A stretch of DNA of 64,000 nucleotides, from assembly GCA_002633005.1 (NCBI GenBank), contig NMRA01000793.1, positions 3,106 to 67,105 of the forward strand, in the 5' to 3' direction. The notes under the pieces were generated by a model that was given only the letters and a program-made list of their open reading frames with translations, did not search any database and was not told where the DNA came from. Shown here in pieces: positions 26,701 to 36,139 of this stretch (its first letter is position 1; every line of letters starts with the position of its first letter). The position numbers were made by a program, and so were the translations under genes. This DNA is from Phoronis australis (taxonomy: Eukaryota > Animalia > Phoronida).

Positions 26701-29700
26701 TATACAAAGGAAAAACACTTACAAAGTAGGTAGCTAGTGTTACTGCTACTACAGCTGAATAATGATTTTGTTGCCACTGCTACCACAGCTATTATAAATG
26801 CTGCTAACACTACTACCAATACTGCCAGTGCCACTATTACTGTGTTAGTGTGTGCTGCTACTGCTATAGACTACTAGTGCTGTTTGTGCTGTTACTGCTA
26901 CCACTCCTCCTTTAGTTGCTGTCACTGCTAGTGCTTCTAGTGCTGCCGATGCAGCTGCTGTTGAACTATGTCTGCCAGGACCACAACAACGGTTTAATGG
27001 TTCCGGCTTTGGAAATAATTGTGATGAAATAAGAATTGTAGGCAACCCCTGGGTTCTAATGAAACACCTTGCTTTGAAGATTTTTCGTTTACCTTTGGTA
27101 AATGTGAGCATTACGAAGACGGAAGATGGAGATCTGTAAAGAATGTTGCCGCGCCTATAGTACATTTGTCGAATCAGATTGCCTGCGATGATTATTTGCT
27201 GGTACAGCTGCAAACTGTGAGTTTTTTATCTTGCGCGAAGCAATACGATGCTTCGCAGATAGTGGATGGCAAACATTCTAATCAAAAAGCTGGCCCTTGC
27301 TATTTATACTGTTTTCAGTCAAATATACATGTAGCCACGGCCAGTATTTCCTGCAGAATATCAGTTGTAACTTCTTTCGGTACGTGTACATGTCCTTCTA
27401 CTGACTGATTTGTAGGAAGGTAACATACGATGTATCACCTTGTTTCAAACAAATCACTGTTTTGGCAGCTCAGTCATTGAGTTGGTTAAAAATGCCAATG
27501 GTCGGAGCCAAATTACACTCAAAGAGAAGGGAGCACATTTTATGACCTCGAATTTCATGGGATGCGCACTGCATGTGTATTTCACGTTACGTGACCTCCG
27601 GATCACTAACCAGTATTGTCGTTTTACTTGGTTGGACGTGATACAAGTCGGCTTACACTGCTTTGCCAGATGTTATCTTCGACAGTGACCAGTTGCAATC
27701 ATGACGGCATTTTCACTCCTGAAGTTGCAAAACGCTTGGTGTCTGCATTTCTGCAACCATGTCTGTCGATATATAATGGATACATCAATCTTCAGTCTCA
27801 TTTTGCCCAAAATCTTTTTCCTTGGTTCACTCATGCACAATAGTACACGGGCCACCAACTTAAGGCTCTCAAAGCACAAAATCTGTGATCTTGCGAACAA
27901 GCCGCTCTCAGCACCATTGGCTTCAACGTCACTATTCACTAGCGGCGCCCGGTGGGAGTCACGGCTGTACTTCCGAGAGTTAAGTCATAGGCTTACAAAC
28001 CGGAATATGGCTTTTCCTCTAGGAATGCCATTAAAAACCTACGAATATGTTGTTTGTTACATAGGCTTTACTCAAGTGTTTTTCATGAATGCGTCGAGCA
28101 TGCACCCATATTCAGATGTTGCCACAGCTCATATACATGTACAATAGTATGGGCTGTTATGCGTAAAAATGAGTATCGTAATGACCACTTTTTATAACGC
28201 TCATATCCCTTTACCCCTTTTGCCGCTAAATTCGCTCAAGGTGGCCAATGCTCGGAAGCATTCTATAACTAGCACTACTTTGTTCCTGTTATGTTTGTTT
28301 CCTTTTCCAGATATGTGTCAACATGACGTGACGATAAGTTTCGTGAATGGGAAAACTAAATGTGACTGTCCTCTTCCGTGTTCGTGAGTATGTTTAGATA
28401 TTGTATTAATGGCATCTACATCTAAAAAAACGTGAAATAAACCACATTGGAAAACCTATTATTCAAGCTCCACATTGGTTGTAATGTTAAATTTCAAAAC
28501 GCGTACCAAGCTATTTATAGAAAAGGTGGATTGGGTTGCGAAGACGGACCATGGCAACGTTCATACATACGTGTGGATGTCCACACCTTGCTGTGAAAGA
28601 AGGCGCACGAGCCATCACGTGCTCTGTACCCACAGAATGGCAAACAAACTACTTGGTTTCGAAGAACGAAAATTTATAGCACAATGCTCCTGGAGACTCA
28701 AGAACGCCAAGAAAATGTATATAACTTAGTCTCCTTCTCAGTTAGTAAACATCACATCCACTTTGGTCCTAAGTCAATGAACATAGACGTTATTGACATT
28801 TGAGCTGCGCAGAGATTTTTACGCTGTAGTTGTACGATGAAAGACTTTACAAATTGGTGTGGATATGCAGCCCTTTTGATAAACCACTTTCACAAACTAA
28901 AAATGCTTCATCTGACGTAGCAATACTCATTTCTTTTCAGGGAGTCTTCTCACGTACTGGCAAGCAGCTCTTCACAATGGCCAAGTGATTTATATAAGGT
29001 AATCCTATCATTAAATTAAATATTGAAAACGTGAGAATGGATAACGATGAAACGCAAATTCCGTTGACAAAGTTGTTTTAACATCATCTAAGTTGTCGAA
29101 ACAGTTAAAACTGTTTCGACAACTTAGATGATTCTATCGATGAACTGACCATTCCTATCGATACATGAGCGCACCCAGCGGGGGCGGGGGGCTCGGGGGC
29201 TCGAATGAGCCCTCCATTTGACGAAGTGGCCAAAAAAGTCCGCCCCTGAAAAACAAAAAGTCCGAAAAAGTAGAAAACGAGACAAAAGTCTACTAAAAAG
29301 GCAGGAACTACCAAAATTCGGCGAATGCACAATTCATAGCCCTGAACGTACCCCGTTTTTTAGTAAAATGTCCACTTTCTCAAAAATTCGAACTACCATT
29401 TTTAGGCTAGGTGCGCGCATGCGATAGACTTACTATCGGACTGTCCTAAGCCCCCTCAACCCCTTCAACCCCCACACACCACGACCCCCAACTCCCTCTA
29501 CCCACAACCGTGGCAATATATATATCTTTGCGCTTTTTACACATTTCATAATCATATTACGTCGCTGAATGACTTTCCCATAAGACTTACCTACACGCGA
29601 ATCTGCTATGGCTCAAGTCTGCTGGTTAAGACAGAAAGTGGCGTAAGTAATGACCTGAAATAGCGAATTCCTGTGGTCTTCGCGGACTCTTGTCTCGTTT

Positions 29701-32700
29701 GCTCGGACTTTTTGTTTCACTGAGGCGGACCTTTTTGCCCCATTTGACAAATTGGGGGCTCATTCGAGTCCCCGAGCCCCCCTTGGTGCGCCCATGCCGG
29801 ATATACTTACTATCTCCCTTGACAGGTTTACTAACTCCATCGATTCACTTACTATCTCCCTTGACATGTTTACCAAGTCTAAAAATCTAATGTGGCAGAC
29901 TTTCTAACTATGTCAAAACACTTACTGTCCCCATTGACAGACATTCTAGTTCCAACGATAATGGGTCGTTGGAGGCAGGGTTACGTGTCCCCATAAACTA
30001 CAGGAGAGTGGCAACCACCGTATGCGTGAGATAGAGTGCAATTGAGCAAAGAAAGACAGCGAAACAAACGAACATAAACCATCTTTGTCAACTACTCTGA
30101 ATTCGGGAGAGGGTAAAGATAAGACACCAAACATATAGAAAATCCCGATGAAACAAATTCGTCTAAAACAAAGCAATATCAAGACATAATAGTATTGAAA
30201 AATACAATAAAATGCCATTCCAAAAGGTAAACGTTTGAATTCTTGAAGACCACTATTTTTAATCACCCAAAAGGAATAATTTGGATGTTTTTGAAACGAT
30301 AAAATTTCGATACTTTTCGCACAGTATAAGAGGAATACTGTGTCTTTTGAAAATTGTTACTAGGATTTGTATGCAAAAAAATCTCGTATTTCAAGGTATT
30401 ACCTCGTGCAAAGTGGCTGTCTAACGGATTGAAGTACTCAAAGAACTGTACATGTGCTAACTATAACAAACAAAGGTTTCAAGGATTTGATGAGTTTATG
30501 TTTAACTCATGAATCGTAATGGGTACCTCGAGAATGAATCAAAGTACACTTTAACACGAATTCGGAAACTTGTTTATGACGGAGGACCCCCACAAAACCC
30601 TGTGGGATTCTCGCTTCCCCATATCTACCGTTGCCCATCAAGAATTTGCTAGCATATTTTAGTGAATTGCTTATAATGTTCTGTTTTAATAAAAAAACGA
30701 ATTTGTCGGTTTCTGATTTACATGTTTATGTATTTACAAATATGACTGGTTCATATTACGATTTTTGACAATTAGGCAAATAAAGGATAATGTAGTAATT
30801 ATTGGTGATATTTCAGTGAAATTGAGGAACAATCTCTAATCCAATCCCCAATTAGCAAAATGCATTAGAAAGTTTTGCCTACCTGGAGGATATTGATGAT
30901 ATTCGGATAGTTCTATAGGGAGTACAAGATGTATTCGCAATTCAAATTAGAATAAATGCACTACTTATTGACAAGATTGGTGGTTTAAATTTACAAAGAG
31001 ATCATAAAGACTATCTCTTTGAATCAAATTAAACGCATTGCTCATTAACCTCAGGAGATTAATTATCTCCATCGATGCACGTACAGTCTCCATTAAAAAT
31101 TTACCAATTCCGACTATACACTTGCAACAGACTTACTAACTATATCGACTGATATACTATCTCCAGCAACAGACTTACTAGCTACATCAATTGACTTACT
31201 ATCCCCATCGACAGACTTATTAACCACATTTATTGACTTACTATCTCCAGCAACAGACTTACTAAACTACATCGATTGACTTACTATTCCCATCGACAGA
31301 CTTACTAAACTACATCGATTGACTTTCTATCCCCATCGACAGACTTATTAACCACATCGATTGACTTACTATCTCCAGCAACAGACTTACTAAACTACAT
31401 CGATTGACTTGCTATCCCCATCGACAGACTTACTAAACTACATCGATTGACTTACTATCCTCATCGACAGACTTATTAACCACATCGATTGACTTACTAT
31501 CTCCAGCAACAGACTTACTAAACTACATCGATTGACTTGCTATCCCCATCGACAGACTTACTAAACTACATCGATTGACTTTCTATCCCCATCGACAGAC
31601 TTATTAACCACATCGATTGACTTACTATCTCCAGCAACAGACTTACTAAACTACATCGATTGACTTGCTATCCCCATCGACAGACTTACTAAACTACATC
31701 GATTGACTTACTATCCTCATCGACAGACTTATTAACCACATCGATTGACTTACTATCTCCTGCAACAGACTTACTAAACTACATCGATTGACTTGCTATC
31801 CCATCGACAGACTTACTAAACTACATCGATTGACTTACTATCCCCATCGACAGACTTACTAACTACATCGACTGACTTACTATCTCCAGCAAAATACTTA
31901 TTAACTACATCGACTGATTTACTTTCTCCATCGACAGACGTAATAACTACATTGACTGACTTACTATCTCCATCAACAGACTTCCTATCTCCACCAACAG
32001 ACTTACTAACTACATCGATTGACCTTTGTCCTTACTTATGTTGAACTGGGAGAATAAAAAAAAGAATAAAAAAAAAACTACATCGATTGACTTCCTACCT
32101 CCATCGACAGTCTTGGGATCGATACAGTTGCTATTGCCATGGACAAACTTCGGTGCTAACTTAGCTATACATGTCTGCGTCGATAGAGTTACCAACTTCA
32201 TCGATAGATGGCTACTTCTATCGATAGACGATCCTTTTCGAGAGACTGGCATGCACTGTTTATAATATCGCCATCGATTTACTACCGCTTTTGATAGACT
32301 TCCTTTCACAGATTTATTTTGTCAGGTACTGTTATAGAATTTTTAGAACAACACATACGGGTATCTAGTGCACTCGTGATGGGCACTTGGATTGCATTTT
32401 CTTAGTGCTAAGATTTTTTTTGTTTTGCAGGATACTCTGATTAACGACCTGTTGGAGATGAATAACACGGGGGTTGATGTATTACTGAACAACGAAGATG
32501 ATCCGGAGTTCTTCAAACGGAACTTACTCAAAGTTTATGTGTATTTCGAAGATTTAAACTACGAGGAAATTAGTCAAAAACCCGAATACACGGTAAAGAT
32601 TGCTAATGCTTTTACCTAATATGTTCATGTACGTTGAAAACATCTCGGTATCAAAAAGGTGGGTGTGCTTAAATCTTCATGTACTGGGCATTGGATTCAA

Positions 32701-35700
32701 TGTGCTAAATCATTACAAACCTGTCGGTTCATTATGACGTTATGTTAATAGCAAAGCCAATTGCATAAGAACTAGTACATTATAGGGAGTGTAGTCAACT
32801 TGTAGTAGGGGTTTTTGAGGTGTACTTCATTAATCTTCCACAACTGTGTATGTAAGTATGTTAAACCTTGCGCATTCTTGAAGGATGATTTTGAAATTGC
32901 ATTTTCGAGCATGACGAAACATTGTTTGCTTCTGTTCAGTGGGTGTCGTGTGCCCAGTTGCATGAAACAAGTGATAGCCCTGAACGCTACAAACTAGCGG
33001 TTTTGACTAGTTACCTCAACAGGGCGCACCACATATCATTTCATTGGCAAACATTCAACACTGAAGTTCAACGCATCAGACAAGTTCTAGTTAACAATAG
33101 TTATACTAATTCTTTTGTTGTAAGGTCTTTCATATCTAGGACAGACTCCCATGTAGACACGGAACCTAGTACTAGTACCCATAAGAACGTGTATTATAAG
33201 AACTGTATATCTAATAATCATCTGAGTGACGAACAATGTCCTTAAGAGCATAGTAAGGGATAACGTTAAGGTGGTCAAACCTGGAGATAGATTGAATGTG
33301 TTTATTTATTATAAGAATATAAAGTCACGTCACCTTATCTTGAAAAACAACCCCAGTCGTGAAAGACTACGACCAGAGGCCAAATGTAATGTTGTTTACC
33401 AATTCACATGTCATATGGACGAATGTGTTCGTCCTCATTCTCGTGAGCAGTGTTACATTGGACACACGGTGTGTTCTCTCTCGCGACGGTTGTACATGCA
33501 CTTACAGGGCGGGGGGTCGATTCAATATCATTGTGTTCACCAACATGACGGAAAAATAACTAGGCAAGGAATAGTAGACAATAACATCATTAGTTATGTT
33601 GAAAATGACACATAACCATGCCTTACGCCCTTGTTATAATCAAATCATGAAATACAATACAGGTAAGTGTCGAACACTAACAGTAACACGAGCTCTTCTC
33701 CGCTTCAATGCGAAATGAACATATTAACATTTTGACCATATAAGATCTTTTCCCTTTTTATTCATCAGTTGGACTCGTACCAACAAAAGATGAAATGACA
33801 GTTACAGTCTTTTTGTCATAACAGTGCACAACGCAGATGTTTTCGTCGACCTCGACTTTTTCTTCAAGTGAACCTCTTCCTTGTTTTTTCATTTCCTTTT
33901 CACTTTTCACTTTTGCGACTACATCCATGGATACGATTGGCTCGTATAGTGGTTCACCGTCACTGTCAGAGCTTTCATCATCGTCACCAAGTTGATTAGT
34001 AACGAAATCATCTTCATCATCATCATTACTAACTGAGCCCTCCCAGTCACCCTCATCCCCTTCTCACAATGTAACAATTCACCCAAATCGAGGGTTTCCT
34101 TAAATTAATTAACCAGGAAATCGATAAGCCCATTCAGTTTTGGTGCTACATTACGTGTGTTTCAAAGGAAAAAGTCTTGAGAAATAGCGAGTAATAAACA
34201 ATTACATCAAGTCATAAAGACCCTGGTTGGGATCCTATACAATTATAATGTTGAATCTGATGTCAAAGAGACAACGGACGAACTACCCGGTAACACAAAC
34301 ACACAAATATCTATTTTAATTGGACAAACGGTTCTACGTGTGTTGGCTAGTCTTGCTTTTTTAAAATGGTGGTTTTCAAAGAACTTTGGAATGTGCTACT
34401 TCACACGTTCTTCAAAACATCCCTGGAGTATTCCAAAATAGCCTTATGTCTTGTTCCCGGCTTCACAGAAGTTTGCAATCTCGAATTAAAGGATGTATCA
34501 TCAAAAAGCCACTTGCAAAAACACAAATCTCGGCTTCCACTACCCTCTGACATAGCGCTACCTATACTGAAATGTGGCCCCCTGGAAACATGATGAATGA
34601 CACACGAAATTCCGTGTGTGGGCATCAATTCGCATGCTTTGGTCGGAAGTTTACCGATCACATCGCCACTCTTGCACACGCAATTTTATGTACTCTACGT
34701 GTTTAAGCTTAAGCCGCTGGATCGGGGTTACCTTGATTTTGTTTACTTCGATTACTGCCTGTTTTAAAAGATTGCAACTATTCAAGTCAAAGGTGGTCGC
34801 CATACTACGTACATGTAAGAGTAAACTGAAAGGGTTTCCAACCAATGAGTATGACTGAACTTTATGACGTCAATTTCACTGCTTTAACCAATGAGAAGCG
34901 ATGCTAAACAAAATTCAACAGTGCTACTTTTGGTAGCACTGTGAAATAGTGTAGGCTTCCTCCAGAAAAAAAAAATATCGAAGTCTACTTTTGTTTCCAA
35001 GTTGCACCATTGATTAAATCAGTAGGCTAAATTGCGACATCTCTCAAATTAGGACATCAAATTTACTGCAAGGTTACTAAGTGATACTGTAAAACGGCGT
35101 CGGGAATGATACATTTGTCTGGAACATGTTGAAATTTCCGCATAATATACTGCCTAGTACTTCTTTCATTAGTTACTACTTGTGTTTTTTGGCACCTGAT
35201 ATTGTATTTTGGTTGATTTAAGCCTTGTGACTGCCCCAAGTAAGGTTTTAATTTGCAAAATTCAAGCAAAATTTTGTTCCAAGGGTTAACTTCCTTGTCG
35301 AGCGTGTCTAAATATTGATTGAAAGACGGTTAAGGGCGTGTCTAGGTGACATGTAAAAGTATGCTAGAATTGCTATGCAATTTAAGGCACAGTGATGCAG
35401 AGCATTGATTTAGCACGAGATAAGGGCGGTAATGGATTAAAGAAGATTTGAAACTCGAATGAAGTTGACGTTTTTGTTGTACTGGCTTTGGTACTTGCCA
35501 GTTCTAGGCGAACTTCTGGTGTTATCATTTTCATTTCAGATAGAGTTAATTTATAGATCTATATCTTATATTTAGGGATCTTCACTAATAGCCGACCTCG
35601 GAGGATCAATTGGTTTATGGATAGGTTGGAGTGTAATCACTCTTGTGGAACTATTAGAGTTTGTTTCGGACGTACTCGTACTCAAAGGAAACAAATGTAT

Positions 35701-35755
35701 GCGTGGAGACAATCGCGTAATTGAACTGAATGCAGTCAGTCCTGGTGCACCCTGA
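7488..35755 (+). CDS. DEG/ENaC-family (ASIC/FaNaC-like) ion channel subunit, paralog A; 11 coding exons, 513 aa
   Basis: Exons 7488-7632, 7812-8066, 8787-8931, 12016-12134, 16685-16845, 17236-17346, 26559-26691, 28311-28383, 28941-28998, 32431-32592, 35576-35755. All introns GT-AG with compatible phases; total 1542 nt ending in TGA. Motifs: TSGH(A), TM1, (Y)PAVTVCNLN, GHQ..DF..DC, YGNCFTYN, GL.MTLNVEQNEY, GVRMVIH, 10-Cys thumb, WPS, VYFEDLNY, LIADLGGSIGLWIGWSVIT. Confidence 0.93.
7812..8066 (+). CDS. DEG/ENaC A exon 2 (TM1, YPAVTVCN)
   Basis: ORF 7760-8092 contains KKLVWILVCFGGFIAWGIH...YPAVTVCNLNSVRKS; boundaries catag| and |gtaagt. Confidence 0.92.
8399..8714. repeat. (CA)n microsatellite flanking an N gap (8438-8675)
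   Basis: Directly visible. Confidence 0.95.
8787..8931 (+). CDS. DEG/ENaC A exon 3 (finger region)
   Basis: ttccag|..RREIHADYVNRLRGAMANINKDDKREAGHQIEDFIVDCSYKQYVCLL|gtagct; 145 nt, same length as the paralog B exon. Confidence 0.88.
12016..12134 (+). CDS. DEG/ENaC A exon 4
   Basis: DDFVSFFDPTYGNCFTYNSG...GTGPDHG; AG/GT boundaries. Confidence 0.92.
12800..15100 (-). pseudogene. Protein-primed family B DNA polymerase (Maverick/Polinton pPolB), frameshifted
   Basis: KAYETAEEKGCFPYEYVD (~14645-14700), LKDYLVWYNDKDTGPMLEA, SSVVGGPSVVFH, VEGFC...VFQFYGCYWHGHDC, EIWECEF, LATPLLKWYLDHSLKITN, NFPLQIGF. Confidence 0.88.
15200..15700 (+). pseudogene. Polinton minor capsid-like and PZ-like gene fragments
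   Basis: VTNKIHMRVKKGAEITFS...(Y)CDLVKSPL resembles penton/minor capsid; KKGADAIGKIALRTGADFADDL resembles the small PZ-type ORF that precedes the major capsid gene. Confidence 0.5.
15732..16220 (+). pseudogene. Polinton/adintovirus major capsid protein, N-terminal fragment
   Basis: ALVHDKSCECVKSELDLFAVSSTQTSIEHGQW then VPTNLWLHSMFSQVDI-LNEKLIS...RAYLKTLLSYGSEVKNGYLTAAL, the characteristic start of Polinton double jelly-roll MCP; frameshifted and truncated. Confidence 0.85.
16685..16845 (+). CDS. DEG/ENaC A exon 5
   Basis: GLVMTLNVEQNEYMSLTESAGVRMVIHNDTVMPFPADEGINLEPGKLHMIGMRQ|gtaagt. Confidence 0.93.
17236..17346 (+). CDS. DEG/ENaC A exon 6
   Basis: VQISRIGVPHGKCEDPSISNKTRNLYEEDHGVHYSQQ, 111 nt, phase 0/0. 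Confidence 0.9.
17530..19250 (-). mobile_element. Decayed Hero/NeSL-like non-LTR retrotransposon
   Basis: IKKDGLPGHCGYIDH, WVFVDDITIMT (~18365-18396), WARMNFKPDNSRSL, IPPTSEKSVKCL, GLYSSPTKVTLLVSSIAE..FKVRAVVTLRGSKEP; many stops. Confidence 0.7.
22660..22880 (-). mobile_element. MITE-like repeat, inverted copy of 29164-29421
   Basis: The reverse complement aligns by eye (GCGCACC.AGCCTAAAA, AATTTTGGTA.TTCCTG.CTT, GAGGCAGACCTTTT). Confidence 0.6.
24047..24956. repeat. Near-identical ~404-bp direct repeat (24047-24450 and 24553-24956) joined at a single N
   Basis: Offset 506 bp, about 5 substitutions, N at 24552. Confidence 0.9.
24432..25742. mobile_element. Non-autonomous palindromic DNA element (Crypton-like architecture) containing a tRNA-like sequence
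   Basis: Long hairpin GGATTTTGGAGAATTATCGCCC...GGGTGATAATTCTCCAAAATCC, plus an inverted pair TTTATACCACA (25038-25048) / TGTGGTATAAA (25732-25742). The family assignment is inference. Confidence 0.45.
25578..25652 (+). pseudogene. tRNA-like sequence (Pol III A and B boxes), probable SINE head or pseudo-tRNA
   Basis: A-box-like TAGTGGTGTAGTGG and B box GGTTCGAATCC; acceptor, anticodon and T stems contain mismatches. Confidence 0.6.
26559..26691 (+). CDS. DEG/ENaC A exon 7 (Cys-rich thumb)
   Basis: ACTKSCFQLTLKNRCGCYSEKYP...KICIDEEET. Confidence 0.92.
26730..26965. repeat. Degenerate (ACT/GCT)n simple repeat
   Basis: Visible cryptic trinucleotide tract after exon 7. Confidence 0.7.
28311..28383 (+). 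CDS. DEG/ENaC A exon 8
   Basis: MCQHDVTISFVNGKTKCDCPLPC|gtgagt. Confidence 0.9.
28941..28998 (+). CDS. DEG/ENaC A exon 9
   Basis: ESSHVLASSSSQWPSDLYK, 58 nt. Confidence 0.88.
29164..29796. mobile_element. MITE-like copies: full 29164-29421 and inverted partial 29682-29796
   Basis: Termini CATGAGCGCACC...GGTGCGCGCATG; the second piece is the reverse complement of the first ~120 bp. Confidence 0.65.
31110..32110. repeat. Minisatellite with 21/22-bp monomer and higher-order 43/128/256-bp periodicity
   Basis: GACTTACTAAACTACATCGATT alternates with GACTTACTATCCCCATCGACA; the CTCCAGCAAC variant recurs at 31245, 31373, 31501, 31629 and 31757 (one mismatch in the last). Confidence 0.95.
32431..32592 (+). 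CDS. DEG/ENaC A exon 10
   Basis: DTLINDLLEM...FFKRNLLKVYVYFEDLNYEEISQKPEYT. Confidence 0.93.
32880..33660 (+). mobile_element. Penelope-like retroelement remnant (RT thumb + GIY-YIG endonuclease)
   Basis: PERYKLAVLTSYLNRAHHIS..WQTFNTEVQRIRQVLVNNSY and NVVYQFTC...CYIGHTVCSLSRRLYMH (GIY-YIG), one frameshift between them. Confidence 0.85.
33724..35289 (-). mobile_element. Internally deleted piggyBac transposon
   Basis: Minus-strand acidic N-terminal tract joined to KEMKKQGRGSLEEKVEVDENICVVHCYDKKTVTVISSFVGTSPTDE (~33760-34060, PGBD-like); terminus reads TTAA-CCCTTGGAAC on the minus strand at 35276-35289. The other end is uncertain. Confidence 0.75.
35576..35755 (+). CDS. DEG/ENaC A exon 11 (TM2, C-terminus, stop)
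   Basis: GSSLIADLGGSIGLWIGWSVITLVELLEFVSDVLVLKGNKCMRGDNRVIELNAVSPGAP*. Confidence 0.92.
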   Translation, partial: GSSLIADLGGSIGLWIGWSVITLVELLEFVSDVLVLKGNKCMRGDNRVIELNAVSPGAP

Positions 35756-36139
35756 ATTGGCCTCACACGGACAGATGGCAAATCAAGTAGTTGAAGCAGC
35801 TGAAACACAAAAAGTATCTGTCGTCAGGTGCGAGATGAATGTCACGTTCGTGTAGTGATTTAATTGTTTAGCTCATGTAGTGGTTTTATTGTTGAGTTCG
35901 TGTAGTGGTTTAATTGTAAATTAAAATAGGTGTTGATTATTTTAATAGAGTTTAATACTTCTTTCTACCTTATACTACTTTACCTTGTTTTATTGTCAAG
36001 TTCATGTATTAGTTTTGTTGTCAATGTCGTCTAAAAGTGTCAGTAATTGACAGATACATGCACGTTCTTTGCAAGCAATAATCAACTGAAGTTTTTAAAA
36101 AATTGTTTAAGAAACAGGTAATCATTTTTATAATGGCTC

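Noticed and set aside
27837-28149. Insertion with 9-bp direct repeat ACAATAGTA
   Set aside because: The direct repeat is visible, but there are no convincing terminal inverted repeats; it could be chance.
31110-32110. CRISPR-like array or repetitive neuropeptide precursor
   Set aside because: There are no unique spacers and no cas genes, and the context is eukaryotic. The 22-bp units break any frame and introduce stops, so it is a minisatellite.
7488-35755. Assigning a gene symbol (ASIC, SCNN1, FaNaC)
   Set aside because: The family is clear, but orthology cannot be determined without a phylogeny; the ASIC post-TM1 histidine and ENaC PY motif are absent.
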